The position numbers were made by a program, and so were the translations under genes. Of a DNA stretch of 64,000 bases, positions 1 through 11,562 are shown one piece after another. This stretch comes from an uncultured Spirochaetota bacterium (GTDB lineage Bacteria > Spirochaetota > Spirochaetia > SZUA-6 > Fen-1364). The stretch spans positions 704,001-768,000 of the forward strand of contig CAWAHW010000004.1 of the NCBI GenBank assembly GCA_963781885.1, read 5' to 3'. Each line of letters starts with the position of its first letter. Position 1 is the stretch's first letter. Below the pieces are notes generated by a model that made no database searches, was not told where the DNA came from, and saw only the letters and a list, made by a program, of their open reading frames with translations.

Positions 1-1
1 G

Positions 2-241
2 GAGTATCGCCGCACGCGATGGTTGGTGGTCAACGGGGCGGGCATCCTCCCCCAGTACCAGAGGCTTGGCGGCAACGCGCTTCTCTATTACATGCTGGAA
101 AAGATCGCAAAGCAGAAGAGATTTCTCTACGTGGACGCCGTGCAGATCGCCGAAACGACCGAGCTGATGCTGTCCGACCTTGGGACGCTCGGCGGAAAGA
201 TCTACAAAGTGCACCGTCTCTACCAGCGCGACCTCATTTGA
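2..241 (+). CDS. C-terminal part of a putative GNAT-fold protein (runs off the window start)
   Basis: Frame is open from the window edge; GILPQYQRLGG resembles the acetyl-CoA-binding Q/RxxGxG motif. Confidence 0.5.
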   Translation, partial: EYRRTRWLVVNGAGILPQYQRLGGNALLYYMLEKIAKQKRFLYVDAVQIAETTELMLSDLGTLGGKIYKVHRLYQRDLI

Positions 242-340
242 GCCGGAACAGAGTCGGCGCTACGTTTTGCTGTTTCTTCAAGCCTTATGGATGCCCGGAT
301 TGACAGCAGAATGCCATTCTGAACAGAATCGACGACTGAT

Positions 341-1312
341 ATGACCGACGAAGATGTCTTGAATCAAAGCCGATACGAGCCGCTCATCGAGCAGATGATC
401 GCCAACTCTACCGGCGCGCCGATAGTGACCGAAGAGAACGTTTTCCAGCCGGGCAGACCGGCAAACAAGCCGCTCGTGCACGAGATCATCAAGGATTTGC
501 TCCTGCCGGGCAGCCGCATCATCGGCAAGGAAAACCTCATCGAGCTTCACCGTCTGGCCAAAAAGAAGAAGCCCTGCCTGATCCTCATGGAGCACTACAG
601 CAACTTCGACATCCCCTGCTTCTACGAGCTGCTGGAAAGGTGCGGAGAGGGCTACCGGCAGGCGGCAGAGGCGATCGTCTCCATCGCCGGGGTCAAGCTC
701 AATGAGGAGAGCAAGCTCGTCCTCGCCTTCACCGAGGTCTTTACGCGCGTGGTGCTCTACCCGTCGCGCGGCCTGGAATCCATCGCCGACCCCAAGACGC
801 GCCGGGACGCCGAAAAGAGGCGGGCGCGGCTGAACATTGCCGCCATGAAGAGGCTCATGTCCCTGCGCAAGGAAGGGAGGCTCATCCTCCTGTTCCCGTC
901 CGGGACGCGCTACCGCCCGTGGGACCCTTCCACCGCCCAGGGCCTGAAAGAGATCGACACCTATCTCAAGTTCTATTCCCACATGGTGCTCGTGGCGATC
1001 AACGGCAACACGCTCAAGCCCAATCCGCACGGCGGCATGGACGAGGACTTCCCGACACGGGACGTGATGATCTACACCGTCCAGGGCGTGCAAAAGTGCT
1101 CCGACTTCCGCCGCCGGGCGCTGAAGTCCTCCCCGCGCGACGCCGATCCCAAGCAGCACGTGGCGGACTCCGTCATGGCCGCGCTGCGGAAGGTGCACGA
1201 CCGCACGGAGACCGCCCGCCAGCGTCTCCTGGAGGAGCTGCGCGTCCGGGCGCGGGCGGGCGGGGCCCATCTTGCGACGGAAGGGCCGGGCACCGGCGGC
1301 CCTGCCGGCTGA
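341..1312 (+). CDS. Glycerol-3-phosphate / 1-acyl-G3P acyltransferase (PlsC superfamily)
   Basis: HxxxxD motif (EHYSNFD) and LFPSGTR block. Confidence 0.85.
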   Translation: MTDEDVLNQSRYEPLIEQMIANSTGAPIVTEENVFQPGRPANKPLVHEIIKDLLLPGSRIIGKENLIELHRLAKKKKPCLILMEHYSNFDIPCFYELLERCGEGYRQAAEAIVSIAGVKLNEESKLVLAFTEVFTRVVLYPSRGLESIADPKTRRDAEKRRARLNIAAMKRLMSLRKEGRLILLFPSGTRYRPWDPSTAQGLKEIDTYLKFYSHMVLVAINGNTLKPNPHGGMDEDFPTRDVMIYTVQGVQKCSDFRRRALKSSPRDADPKQHVADSVMAALRKVHDRTETARQRLLEELRVRARAGGAHLATEGPGTGGPAG

Positions 1313-2158
1313 ATGAATCCGCCGCTTGCGGCCTCCGCGCGACCCGCTCCGCTCCGCGAGCTTCCACCCGCGATCCGGCAGGGTGTCGCGCACCTTTTCA
1401 CCGACATCGACGACACCCTCACGACGGACGGCATGCTTCCCGCCTCCTCCTATGGCGCGCTCTGGGACCTTGCCGCGGCGGGGATCCGGATCGTCGCGGT
1501 GACGGGAAGGCCGGCGGGCTGGTGCGATCACATCGCGCGCATGTGGCCGGTGGCGGGCGTGATCGGCGAAAACGGCGCGTTCGTGTACCGCTACGACCGA
1601 AAGTCCCGCCGCATGCGAAGGCTCTACGCCTCCCCCGAGGTCGGTTCGCCCGATGAGCGGGCGGCGCTCGCCGCGATTGCCGCGCGCGTGCTGCGCGAGG
1701 TGCCCGGCACTGCCGTCGCGGCGGACCAGCCCTTCCGCGTCGCAGACTTCGCCATCGATTACAGCGAAGACGTGCCGCCCCTTCCCCTTTCCCAAGCGGA
1801 CGCGATCTGCCGCATCCTGGATGAGGAAGGGGTGCATTTCCGCGTCTCCAGCATCCACGTGAACTTCTGGAAGGGCGACTTCGACAAGATGGGCGGCGTG
1901 CGCTGCTTTTTCGCGGAGGAGGGGGCGGACCCGGAAGCGATGATGGACAGCGCCGTGTTCATCGGGGATTCGCCGAACGACGAGCCGCTCTTTGCGGGCT
2001 TCCCGCACACCATCGCCGTCGGCAACATACGCCGGTTTCTCGGTCGCCTGACGCACCTGCCCGAGTATATCGCGGAGCAGGACGGCGCTGCTGGATTCTG
2101 TGCCGCCGCGGCCCTTTTCATCGAGGCACGGGGCGCGCTCAGAACGGCAGGTTGCTGA
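1313..2158 (+). CDS. HAD-IIB family hydrolase
   Basis: DIDDT motif I, VTGR motif II, GDSPND motif IV. Confidence 0.88.
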   Translation: MNPPLAASARPAPLRELPPAIRQGVAHLFTDIDDTLTTDGMLPASSYGALWDLAAAGIRIVAVTGRPAGWCDHIARMWPVAGVIGENGAFVYRYDRKSRRMRRLYASPEVGSPDERAALAAIAARVLREVPGTAVAADQPFRVADFAIDYSEDVPPLPLSQADAICRILDEEGVHFRVSSIHVNFWKGDFDKMGGVRCFFAEEGADPEAMMDSAVFIGDSPNDEPLFAGFPHTIAVGNIRRFLGRLTHLPEYIAEQDGAAGFCAAAALFIEARGALRTAGC

Positions 2159-3038
2159 GACTGCACTCCATGATCTGCGTCACCGGCTCGAAACCCACCG
2201 ACTGGAAGAAGTCGGAGAAGCGCAGCGATTTTCCCGCGAGCTCCAGCGTCAGGAGCTGCATGCCGCGGCCCCGCATACTCGTCAGGAATTGACGCAGGAG
2301 GCTCTCCCCAAGCCCCGTGCCCCGCAGGGCGGGCGTCACCGCAAGCTGCACGATGTGGACCGCGTGCTGTTCGATCACCCCCCAGGCAAAACCTGCGAGA
2401 TCCGCGGCCGGGGTCTCCGCGATGAGAACGGGAGCATTCTCCTCCCCTGCCGCGGGAAGTCCGTCCCTTCGCTCGGCGTAGCGCTCCTCCAGCCTTGCCG
2501 GGGACTCGGTGGGGAACTGCTCGAAGAAGGCGTCCCGGTCGAGCTGTCGCACCGCTTGCGCCTGTGCCCCGATGCCCCAGGAGAAGGAGAAATCGCTCAT
2601 CACGAGCTCATCGGTCTCCTCCAACTCCACCGGAAGCTTCGCCAGACCGCGTGCCTCGCGGTTTGCATTGTACCAGCTCACGATGATGCCCTGCAGGCGC
2701 CTCTCCTTGTAGGCGAACCAGAGCTTTTCCATCTCCTTGTTCTGCTTCAAGGCATCCTTGAAGGCGCGAAACACACCCTTGCCCATGGTGAGGGCGTGGG
2801 AGAGCTGCTCGCGGTAGGCAGGGTTGTCCAGGGACGTCACGAAGCTCTCCATAAGGTGAAAGCCCTCCGCGGAACCCCAGCGGGGAAGCGGCACGCGCCC
2901 TTCATCCACGCCCTCCGCGGGAGGGCCCTGCCAGGGAACGAGCTCGCCGGAGTCAATATTCACGGCGAATCTCTGCTTCTGGTCCTCCATGGCAAAGGCG
3001 ATCTTGTCCACCATCTGCGGCGTGAGCTCGAAGTTCAT
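2139..3038 (-). CDS. GNAT acetyltransferase with N-terminal UPF0158-like domain
   Basis: N-terminal FHLMESFV..GKGVFRAFKDAL; C-terminal LAVTPALRGTGLG acetyl-CoA motif; start taken at MNFEL. Confidence 0.75.
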   Translation of the reverse strand: MNFELTPQMVDKIAFAMEDQKQRFAVNIDSGELVPWQGPPAEGVDEGRVPLPRWGSAEGFHLMESFVTSLDNPAYREQLSHALTMGKGVFRAFKDALKQNKEMEKLWFAYKERRLQGIIVSWYNANREARGLAKLPVELEETDELVMSDFSFSWGIGAQAQAVRQLDRDAFFEQFPTESPARLEERYAERRDGLPAAGEENAPVLIAETPAADLAGFAWGVIEQHAVHIVQLAVTPALRGTGLGESLLRQFLTSMRGRGMQLLTLELAGKSLRFSDFFQSVGFEPVTQIMECSLSNLPF

Positions 3039-3206
3039 ATGGCCCATTGTAGGGCATGCCCGCCGGCGGCGCAACCCGGCCACCGTCGCGGGCGGCATTC
3101 CGGGGGCCACTGTACCTCGCACGGCACCCCGTTCGGTGAAGTGGCATTTGCAGCGGGGCCACGCATTGACACCATCCCGCCCCCGTCGGCATACTGAGGC
3201 ATGTGA

Positions 3207-4565
<1,359 letters not shown>

Positions 4566-4583
4566 GGGCGGAAAGACAACTGG

Positions 4584-4606
4584 GGGGCGCCGATGGCGCC
4601 CCTTTT
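4584..4606 (+). terminator. Rho-independent terminator of eno
   Basis: GGGGCGCC-gat-GGCGCCCC stem followed by TTTT. Confidence 0.8.
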
Positions 4607-4677
4607 CATTTGAGCAGCGCGAGGGCCCGGGAAGGTGCAGAGCTTCACCGGGCCGCCCCCGTCGGGGGCACGGAGGT

Positions 4678-4956
4678 TCAGAGAGGGGGGGATGCCTGGA
4701 GCAGGCTCCCGACGGCGTTCCCGGCAACGTTGATGCCGATCAACGCGGCAAGACCCATGACCCAGAAGATGACGGCCATTATCTTCAGACAGACAGAAAG
4801 CACCCTCAGCATGGTGTAGGGGCTCCCCTCGTCGTGGTCCCGGCGTGAATTGATGGCGATCTCGCGCAGCGCCAGGGGCTTGTCGGAGGATGCCCAGATC
4901 ATGATCCCGATGAGCACGAACAGTATGAAAAGGAACTGGGAGACTAGAAAAACCAT
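4678..4956 (-). CDS. Small two-TM membrane protein
   Basis: GGAGGTGA RBS before MVFLVSQF; two hydrophobic segments. Confidence 0.65.
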   Translation of the reverse strand: MVFLVSQFLFILFVLIGIMIWASSDKPLALREIAINSRRDHDEGSPYTMLRVLSVCLKIMAVIFWVMGLAALIGINVAGNAVGSLLQASPPL

Positions 4957-5109
4957 TCTTTCACCTCCGCGTGAATCACCTGTACCAAAGTCTAATGCCC
5001 GGAAGGCTCCTGTCAAGGAGGAAATCGCATTTTGCGTCGGCCGGGCCGCTTTTCCCACCCCTCGGTCCCATGCTACTCTCTGCCGATACTGGAAACGAGG
5101 GGAACAGAC

Positions 5110-5247
5110 GTGATCTATCTCATCTACAAAGACGGCGAAATACTGGTGGAGACGGACGACCTTGACTACGTGAAAACCTACGTCACCCAGAACCAGGAAT
5201 GCTCCGTGCGCGATGCGCGCACGGGAAAGAAAGTCCCGCTGGAATAG
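5110..5247 (+). CDS. Small hypothetical protein (45 aa)
   Basis: GAGGGG RBS, GTG start, protein-like composition MIYLIYKDGEILVETDD. Confidence 0.6.
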   Translation: MIYLIYKDGEILVETDDLDYVKTYVTQNQECSVRDARTGKKVPLE

Positions 5248-5258
5248 ATGCCGCGCGC

Positions 5259-5371
5259 CGCAGCGGCAAAATGCCGCGGAGTACCGCAGCGACAAAATGC
5301 CGCGGAGTACCGCAGCGACAAAATGCCGCGGAGTACCGCAGCGACAAAATGCCGCGGAGTACCGCAGCGAC
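5259..5371. repeat. 26-bp tandem repeat, about 4.3 copies
   Basis: Unit CGCAGCGACAAAATGCCGCGGAGTAC at 5259, 5285, 5311 and 5337 plus a partial copy; no spacers; lies between convergent genes. Confidence 0.95.
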
Positions 5372-6078
5372 TACAGCGCCCGGTATTCGATGCTCCCATC
5401 GGCGTGGCCGATGAGAAGCTCGGGTTTCTTCTTCGTAAAGAGGCCGTTTTCCAGCACCCCGGGGATCAGCTTCAGCTCCTCTTCCATCCTGCGCGCGTCG
5501 AAGGCCTCACGGAACGTCACGTCCAGGAGAAGGTTTCCGAGGTCAGTGACCACGGGCCCGGCCTTGCGCAGAGCCATGCGGAGGGTCGCCTCGCCGCCCA
5601 TCTCGGCGACGCGCGCGCTCACCGTCGCAAGGGCGTCCACGACGATCTCCATCGGTATCGCGAAACGCTCGCATAGCCGCTCGCTCAGCTTCGTGTGGTC
5701 CACAATGATGACAAGGCGCCGCGAGGCATACGCGGTGACCTTCTCCCGAAGGAGGGCCCCTCCCCCGCCCTTGATGAGGTTGCGGTCCGGGTCAACCTCG
5801 TCGGCACCGTCGATGACGAGGTCGAGTCCCGCGGAGAGCGCGCTGTCGTTCAACGTGGCGAGCGGAATGCCCAGCCCGCGAGCCTCCAGCTCGGTCTGGA
5901 GGCTGGTCGCCACCACGTGAATCCCGCGCAACGCGCCGGCCGCCATGCGCTCCGCGAGCCTGCGCGCCGCCCAGATGGCGGTGGATCCTGTCCCCAGCCC
6001 CAATCGCATGCCTTCCGTGACGAAACGGTCAACGGCCTGCGTGCCCAGCAGCCTTTTCACGTCACTCAGATCGCCCAT
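5371..6078 (-). CDS. rpiA: Ribose-5-phosphate isomerase A
   Basis: GLGTGST, DGADEVD and KGGGGALLREK motifs. Confidence 0.97.
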   Translation of the reverse strand: MGDLSDVKRLLGTQAVDRFVTEGMRLGLGTGSTAIWAARRLAERMAAGALRGIHVVATSLQTELEARGLGIPLATLNDSALSAGLDLVIDGADEVDPDRNLIKGGGGALLREKVTAYASRRLVIIVDHTKLSERLCERFAIPMEIVVDALATVSARVAEMGGEATLRMALRKAGPVVTDLGNLLLDVTFREAFDARRMEEELKLIPGVLENGLFTKKKPELLIGHADGSIEYRAL

Positions 6079-6120
6079 GTGCCGCCTTTCCGTTGCATTG
6101 CCCTGCCAGCACCTTATACT

Positions 6121-7269
6121 ATGAAACGGAGCACGCATACAGTGGAGACGCCTTCCATCCTTTCCCTCATCTCCTTTCCCGAATTCCTCGACCAGGTGCA
6201 GGACGGCCTCTACGTCGTCGACACGGAGAGGCGCATCGTGTTCTGGAACAAGGCCGCCGCGGAGCTCACCGGCTTCCCCGCCGCCGAGGTCGTCGGGCGG
6301 ACCTGCGGCGACGCGGAGCTCGTGAACCACCGCACGATGAGCGGCGAAAGCCTGTGCTCCGGGGAGAACTGTCCCCTCCTGCGCTGCATGCGGACGAACG
6401 CGGGGGGCACGGTGCCGCACCTGATCCTGATGAGCACGGCCAGCGGCAGACCGCTTCCCATCTCCCTCAGCGTCGGTCCCCTCCAGGCGCAGGACGGGCG
6501 CGCGGTCGGGGCGATCGCCCTTTTCCGCGGCATGCGGGAGGAATACCAGCAGCGGAAGCTCGCCGTGGAGATCCAGAAGCGCACCATCACGTCGCACGGG
6601 TTCACCCGCAACGGAATCAGGGTCGACACGATGTACGCGGCAATGGAAGAAATCGGCGGGGATTTCCTGGAGGCATTCTTTCTCGACGAATCCACCCTGA
6701 TTGCCACGGTGGCGGACGCCACGGGGCACGGCATCTCCGCCTCCCTTTTCACCATGGTGTACAAGACGCTCATGCACTCCTCCTTTGCACAATCCCGGGA
6801 GCCCGGCGCGGTCCTTGAGAGCGTCAACCGCGGCTTTCTCGAGACGGCAGGCGTGGACGGCTTCTATGTTGGGGCTTGCCTCGTGAGCTTCGATGCCGGC
6901 GCCCGGCAAGGGCGATACGCCGCGGCGGGTCATCCCCAGGGGCTGCTTTTCGCGCCGGCGGCGGGCGGCTATCGCCTGCGGGACCGGCTGGGGGTGCATT
7001 CCCCCATGTTGGGCATGGTGGAGGCGGCCCGCTATGCCGGTCTGGGCTTCCAGCTCGCCCCACGGGAGTTCCTGCTCCTGTCATCCGACGGCATGCTCGA
7101 ATCCCCGTGCCGTGACGGGAAGCAGTTCGGCATCGCGGGCATCGAGGCCTTCTTCTCACACTACGCCGGCACGGCGCCCCTGGAGGACCTCTTGGCCGAG
7201 GTGCGGCGCACGAGCGCCTTTCTTCCCCTCGCCGACGACGTGAGCGCCCTCATGCTGACCTCTCTCTGA
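6121..7269 (+). CDS. PAS-domain SpoIIE/PP2C serine phosphatase
   Basis: PAS segment (IVFWNKAAAELTG); IGGDF, VADATGHG, SDGMLE and DDVS PP2C motifs. Confidence 0.9.
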   Translation: MKRSTHTVETPSILSLISFPEFLDQVQDGLYVVDTERRIVFWNKAAAELTGFPAAEVVGRTCGDAELVNHRTMSGESLCSGENCPLLRCMRTNAGGTVPHLILMSTASGRPLPISLSVGPLQAQDGRAVGAIALFRGMREEYQQRKLAVEIQKRTITSHGFTRNGIRVDTMYAAMEEIGGDFLEAFFLDESTLIATVADATGHGISASLFTMVYKTLMHSSFAQSREPGAVLESVNRGFLETAGVDGFYVGACLVSFDAGARQGRYAAAGHPQGLLFAPAAGGYRLRDRLGVHSPMLGMVEAARYAGLGFQLAPREFLLLSSDGMLESPCRDGKQFGIAGIEAFFSHYAGTAPLEDLLAEVRRTSAFLPLADDVSALMLTSL

Positions 7270-7377
7270 GGCATCGCGGCCCCTTGCCGCGGGAGGAGCT
7301 TTCTCCTATAGTGCTCATCCTCCATGCGCCACGGCGATTGCGGGCATTTATGGCCCCTTGTGCCGATACTCAAATCG

Positions 7378-8007
7378 GTGAAAAAAGCGGTCGTGCTCCT
7401 CTTCTTCCTCGCCGCAGCAGCGGCGATGGCCGATCCTGACATGCAGGGGCTCGCCTCGTGGTACGGGGGCAAGTTCCACGGTCGTCTCACGTCCAGCGGC
7501 GAGATTTTCGACACCAATACCATGACCGCTGCGCACAAGTCCCTGCCGTTCGGCACCATGGTGAAGGTCACGAACCTGGACAATGGGGCGACGGCGATCG
7601 TCAGGATCAACGACCGGGGGCCCTTCGTGGAGGGCCGGATCATCGATCTCTCGCGCGCCGCCGCCGATGCTCTGGGCATGGTCGGCATCGGCGTCGCGCA
7701 CGTCTCCCTGGAGATCGTGGGCTTCGCCTCTGACAAGGAGCTGTACGCTATCCAGGTCGGCGCCTACGGGCTGGAAAAGAACGCCGAGAAGGCCCGGGCG
7801 GCGCTGGAGGCGGCGGGATTCTTCACTTCCATGGAAAAGACCGCGTTCGGGATCGCGCGCGTGCTTGTCCGCGGAGTGGCCGCCAAGGATCTTCCCGACG
7901 CGCGCAAAAAACTGGAGACGCTCGGATTCGCGCAGTACCTCGTGAAAAAAGAGAAGGTGGAGTCGGCCCGGATCGCGCAGGAAAGCGCCGCCCCCGCCGT
8001 CCCGTAG
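7378..8007 (+). CDS. rlpA: Septal ring lytic transglycosylase RlpA family protein with SPOR domain
   Basis: [23 protein letters not shown] and IDLS motifs; C-terminal IQVGAY SPOR domain; signal peptide. Confidence 0.93.
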   Translation: MKKAVVLLFFLAAAAAMADPDMQGLASWYGGKFHGRLTSSGEIFDTNTMTAAHKSLPFGTMVKVTNLDNGATAIVRINDRGPFVEGRIIDLSRAAADALGMVGIGVAHVSLEIVGFASDKELYAIQVGAYGLEKNAEKARAALEAAGFFTSMEKTAFGIARVLVRGVAAKDLPDARKKLETLGFAQYLVKKEKVESARIAQESAAPAVP

Positions 8008-8078
8008 ACGCGTCGACCCGCGCATGGATTGCACAGGCGCCGCAGCACAGCTATCATGACCGCAACGGCGTACACGAG

Positions 8079-8561
8079 ATGAAAAGCCTTCAGCGCACAA
8101 TCGGATGGAGTCTTGTCGGTCTGGGCGCGGTGAGCGTGTTCGTCGGCGCGAGCCCCCTCTTCCATGCCGTCATCGAGCCCCTGATCGCCGGCGGGCTCCT
8201 GTTCATCGCCGGTGCATGGATGCTTGCCGGTAAGGAGCTGCGCGGCACGGTCCGCAGAGGGCTTCGCACCGCCCGTGATACGCGCTTTTCAACGCGCCGT
8301 TCCCGCCTTCGCGGACCCGGCCCACAGATCGATCCGTTGCTGCCGGTACGGATCCTCAAGCTCGCGCGCGCGCACGGAGGCGTCCTCACCATCGCAGAAG
8401 TCGCCATTGAGCTGAACGTTCCGCTGGAGCACGCGCGCGCCGGAATCAGCGAATGCGTGCGGACGGGCAACGCCGTGGCCGACTATGACATCCCACGCGG
8501 ACACGAGCTGTACCGGTTCCCCGAGCTCACCCCGGGCCCGCCGGATCAGCATCCCGATTGA
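8079..8561 (+). CDS. Hypothetical membrane protein with C-terminal winged-helix-like region
   Basis: Two N-terminal TM helices; ILKLARAHGGVLTIAEVA segment. Confidence 0.65.
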   Translation: MKSLQRTIGWSLVGLGAVSVFVGASPLFHAVIEPLIAGGLLFIAGAWMLAGKELRGTVRRGLRTARDTRFSTRRSRLRGPGPQIDPLLPVRILKLARAHGGVLTIAEVAIELNVPLEHARAGISECVRTGNAVADYDIPRGHELYRFPELTPGPPDQHPD

Positions 8562-8586
8562 CAGCAGGATGTGCCGCCGGTAGAAT
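8558..8586 (+). promoter_or_regulatory. Sigma70 promoter of tRNA-Arg
   Basis: TTGACA-N17-TAGAAT just upstream of the tRNA. Confidence 0.8.
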
Positions 8587-8599
8587 CACGCGTCATTCC

Positions 8600-8673
8600 G
8601 CCCCAGTAGCTCAGCTGGATAGAGCGACGGTTTCCTAAACCGTAGGTCAGATGTTCGAGTCATCCCTGGGGCA
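8600..8673 (+). tRNA. tRNA-Arg (anticodon CCT)
   Basis: Acceptor stem GCCCCAG/CTGGGGC, D arm AGCTCAGCTGGATAGAGC, anticodon arm ACGGT-TTCCTAA-ACCGT, T loop TTCGAGT. Confidence 0.97.
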
Positions 8674-8676
8674 AAC

Positions 8677-8703
8677 GTAACTCCTTATTATAAAAGGAGT
8701 TAC
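8677..8703. repeat. AT-rich inverted repeat at the element junction (att-associated or terminator)
   Basis: GTAACTCCTT-N7-AAGGAGTTAC directly after the tRNA. Confidence 0.7.
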
Positions 8704-8785
8704 TCCAGATCGCCACCCGAAAACGGGCGCGTTCTCAACTCACTATGAGATGGATTGTGAGATAAATCCATCGGAAGGGAGTGGG

Positions 8786-10240
8786 ATGCGCCACGATCAG
8801 TTCTCTTTGCATCGCCGCGGCGGAATTTGGTATGTGCAATTCTACAATCCACACACGCACCGATATCTTACGGCGCGCTCCACCGCAGAGTCCAACCGGA
8901 ACGCTGCCCTTCTGAAGGTCGCAGCTTGGACACGAGACGGGGTGCCCGATTCATCCCGCGGCGCCCGGCGGCTGCGGGAGCTGCTGGACCTCGACTTGGC
9001 AATTTCCATCATCCGAAGCGCACCGCTCACCGTTGATGACGCCGGCAGGATAGTTCAGGCTTTGAAGGATCGCGACTTGATACGAGACGCAACGGTAGGT
9101 ACCGGCCCTGTGTCGGAACCCCTGATCACCTTTCTTGAGCGTTTCTGGGACTATGAACAGTCGCCATATGTGCGAGAGAGAGTTGCTCATGGCCAGCGAA
9201 TCAGCCGCCGCCATTGCCGCGAGGCGAGCATCCGGCTTGAGTGCTACTGGAAGCCGTACTTCGGGAAAGACAAGGCACTTTCGGAAGTCCGCAAGTCTGA
9301 CATCAACACCTTCTCCCTATGGCTGAAGCAAGACAAGGGGCTTATGGGTACCACTGTGAACAATGTCCTTTCGGCGGGGACGGTTCCCCTCCGCTGGGCG
9401 GCAAGAAACGAGGTCATCTCAAGGAACCCAGCTGAGGGACTCATGGGCTTCTCGGGCAAACATGTGAAGCGGGGCGTCCTCACTGATTCAGAGGTCGAGC
9501 AGCTCTTCGCGCTTGCTTGGCCCGACAAGCATTCAAAGATTGCCAACATGCTGGCAATGAGCACGGGGCTCCGAGCCGGGGAAATACTCGCGCTGCAAGT
9601 TCGAGACATTGGAGATGATCGCCTCTACGTCCGCCATACGTGGAACAAATGGGATGCGTTGAAGGGCACCAAGACGGACAAGGAACGGACAGTGCCGATC
9701 ATTCCGTCAATCAAGACTTCCCTCCTCGACCTTGCACGGGGTAATCCCAACGAGGCAGGTCCGAGCACCTTCATCTTTTGGTCTGTCTCCAACCCTGAGC
9801 GGCCCATGGAGCCTGATCGCCTTATCGACGGCCTCCGTGCAGCTCTGCTGCGCCTGAAGGTAAGCGAGAGCGAAATGAAAGATAAGCCAAAGGTCAAGGC
9901 CGCGAAGGAGTACTGGAAGCGCCGTCTTGTCGTGTTTCATTCCTGGCGTCACTACTTCGCAGCACGCATGGCGGACCACCTCGACAAGAGAAAGGTCATG
10001 CTCGCCACAGGTCATTCCGACGGAGCTGTCTTCGATGCCTATGCAGACCACAGCAACGAACAGGTCTTTCACGAAGTGGAGAAAGCCGCGACCGACGTAT
10101 TTGGGAAACTTCTCCATTTTCCGGTAGTGGCAGCTGAGACGAATGATGCAGAGGAAAAAAGGTTGTCCGGGGCACGGTCGAAAAAGTTGCCGCCTCCGAG
10201 TAGCCCGAGAGGGCGGCCTCGTGCGATAGCCAGAAGTTGA
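8786..10240 (+). CDS. Tyrosine recombinase / integrase
   Basis: TGLRAGE, FHSWRH and TGH..AY catalytic residues; adjacent to tRNA. Confidence 0.93.
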   Translation: MRHDQFSLHRRGGIWYVQFYNPHTHRYLTARSTAESNRNAALLKVAAWTRDGVPDSSRGARRLRELLDLDLAISIIRSAPLTVDDAGRIVQALKDRDLIRDATVGTGPVSEPLITFLERFWDYEQSPYVRERVAHGQRISRRHCREASIRLECYWKPYFGKDKALSEVRKSDINTFSLWLKQDKGLMGTTVNNVLSAGTVPLRWAARNEVISRNPAEGLMGFSGKHVKRGVLTDSEVEQLFALAWPDKHSKIANMLAMSTGLRAGEILALQVRDIGDDRLYVRHTWNKWDALKGTKTDKERTVPIIPSIKTSLLDLARGNPNEAGPSTFIFWSVSNPERPMEPDRLIDGLRAALLRLKVSESEMKDKPKVKAAKEYWKRRLVVFHSWRHYFAARMADHLDKRKVMLATGHSDGAVFDAYADHSNEQVFHEVEKAATDVFGKLLHFPVVAAETNDAEEKRLSGARSKKLPPPSSPRGRPRAIARS

Positions 10241-10375
10241 GGGAGAGGGGGGCATTTCCCACGCATGGACGGTACCCGCTTGCCTTTGTCTATGCACTGA
10301 CCGAGTACAGTGCTATTCTCCGCAGTAACAGCCGCAAGCGTTTGCATTCCGAACAATGTGAAAGGAGAAATCACA

Positions 10376-11451
10376 ATGAAGAAGACGCTCCTTTCTTGCG
10401 CCGTGCTCGTTGCAATCATTTTCAGCTTTGTCGGCTGCTCCTCGCCAGGGGGAGAGAGAAGACGACAACGACGACAACGACGACACAGCCGAACACAACG
10501 GTCTACGTAGGCGGCGTTAACTCATCGGGAGCCGCAGGATTCTGGCATGGTGCCGTCGGCAGCAGTGACCCTAACTGGGTCACCTGCGATGCCAGCGGCG
10601 TCGGCCGAAGCGTCAACTCGATTGTAGTCTCAGGCACGACAGTCTACACATGTGGCACTGGCGCATCGGGAGCCGTCGGCTACTGGTATGGCGCAATAGG
10701 CAGCGCCACTCCCACCTGGGTCCCCTGCGATAGCAGCGGCAGTGCCAGTTCGATTGCAGTCTCGGGCACAACGGTCTACGTAGGAGGGGTGAACTCAGCG
10801 TATGCCGCGGGGTACTGGTATGGCACGGTCGGCAGTAGTAATCCCACCTGGGTTAACTGCGCAAGCGTCATCGTCGTCGGCCTCAGCAACGGCTACGTCA
10901 ATTCGATTGCACTCTCGGGCAGCACACTCTACGCAGGCGGCTATAGGCTAAATTGGGGCATCGGGTACTGGTATGGCCCAGCCGGCGGCGGCTCAAACTG
11001 GGTCACTTGCGCAAGCAGCGGCGGCGTCAGCTCGATTGCGATTTCAGGCACCACAGTCTACGCAGGAGGCGGGAACGCAGGGTATCCCGCTGGGTACTGG
11101 TATGGTGCAGCAGGCAGCCCATCATGGGTCACCTACGAGAGCAGCAGCGGCAGTGCCAGCTCGATTGCAGTCTCGGGCACAACGGTCTACGTAAGCGGCG
11201 TGAACGCATCGGGAGCCTCAGGGTACTGGCATGGCGCAACAGGCAGCACCACTCCCACTTGGGTCACCTGCGAGAGCAGCAGCGGCAGTGCCAACTCGAT
11301 TGCAGTCTCGGGCACAACGGTCTACGTATGCGGCATGAACGCGTCGGGAGCCTCAGGGTACTGGTATGGCACGGTCGGCAGTAGTAATCCCGCCTGGGTC
11401 CCCTGCGACATCGGCGGCAACGTCTACTCCATTGCAGTGGTAACCCAATAA
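10376..11451 (+). CDS. Lipoprotein with seven ~45-aa beta-propeller-like repeats (one frameshift near 10450)
   Basis: AAGGAG RBS and MKK..FVGC lipobox in one frame; Thr linker and SIAVSGTTVYxGG..GYWYG..W repeats in another. Confidence 0.75.
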
Positions 11452-11562
11452 GAGGCGAGGTCAACCAATAAAGAGTGGCGCGGCATCAAAGAGGATGGAG
11501 GAGCAAGCCCCTCCCCTTTCATGAGCAACCCCTCTCCAGGGTAATGGCAAATCCTATGAGAG

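Noticed and set aside
278-2056. 592-aa minus-strand ORF and similar long antisense ORFs (2100-3197, upstream extensions of 5371-6999 and 5695-7269)
   Set aside because: High-GC shadow frames opposite well-supported genes.
5259-5371. Possible CRISPR array
   Set aside because: Repeats are head-to-tail with no unique spacers, and no cas genes are present.
8786-10240. Either tyrosine recombinase as the integron integrase for the attC-like sites
   Set aside because: Neither shows recognisable IntI features by eye nor lies next to the cassettes; this one is a tRNA-targeting integrase.
10490-11440. Near-identical repeats as a DGR template/variable pair
   Set aside because: Repeats are in-frame protein blades, differences are not adenine-specific, and there is no reverse transcriptase in the window.
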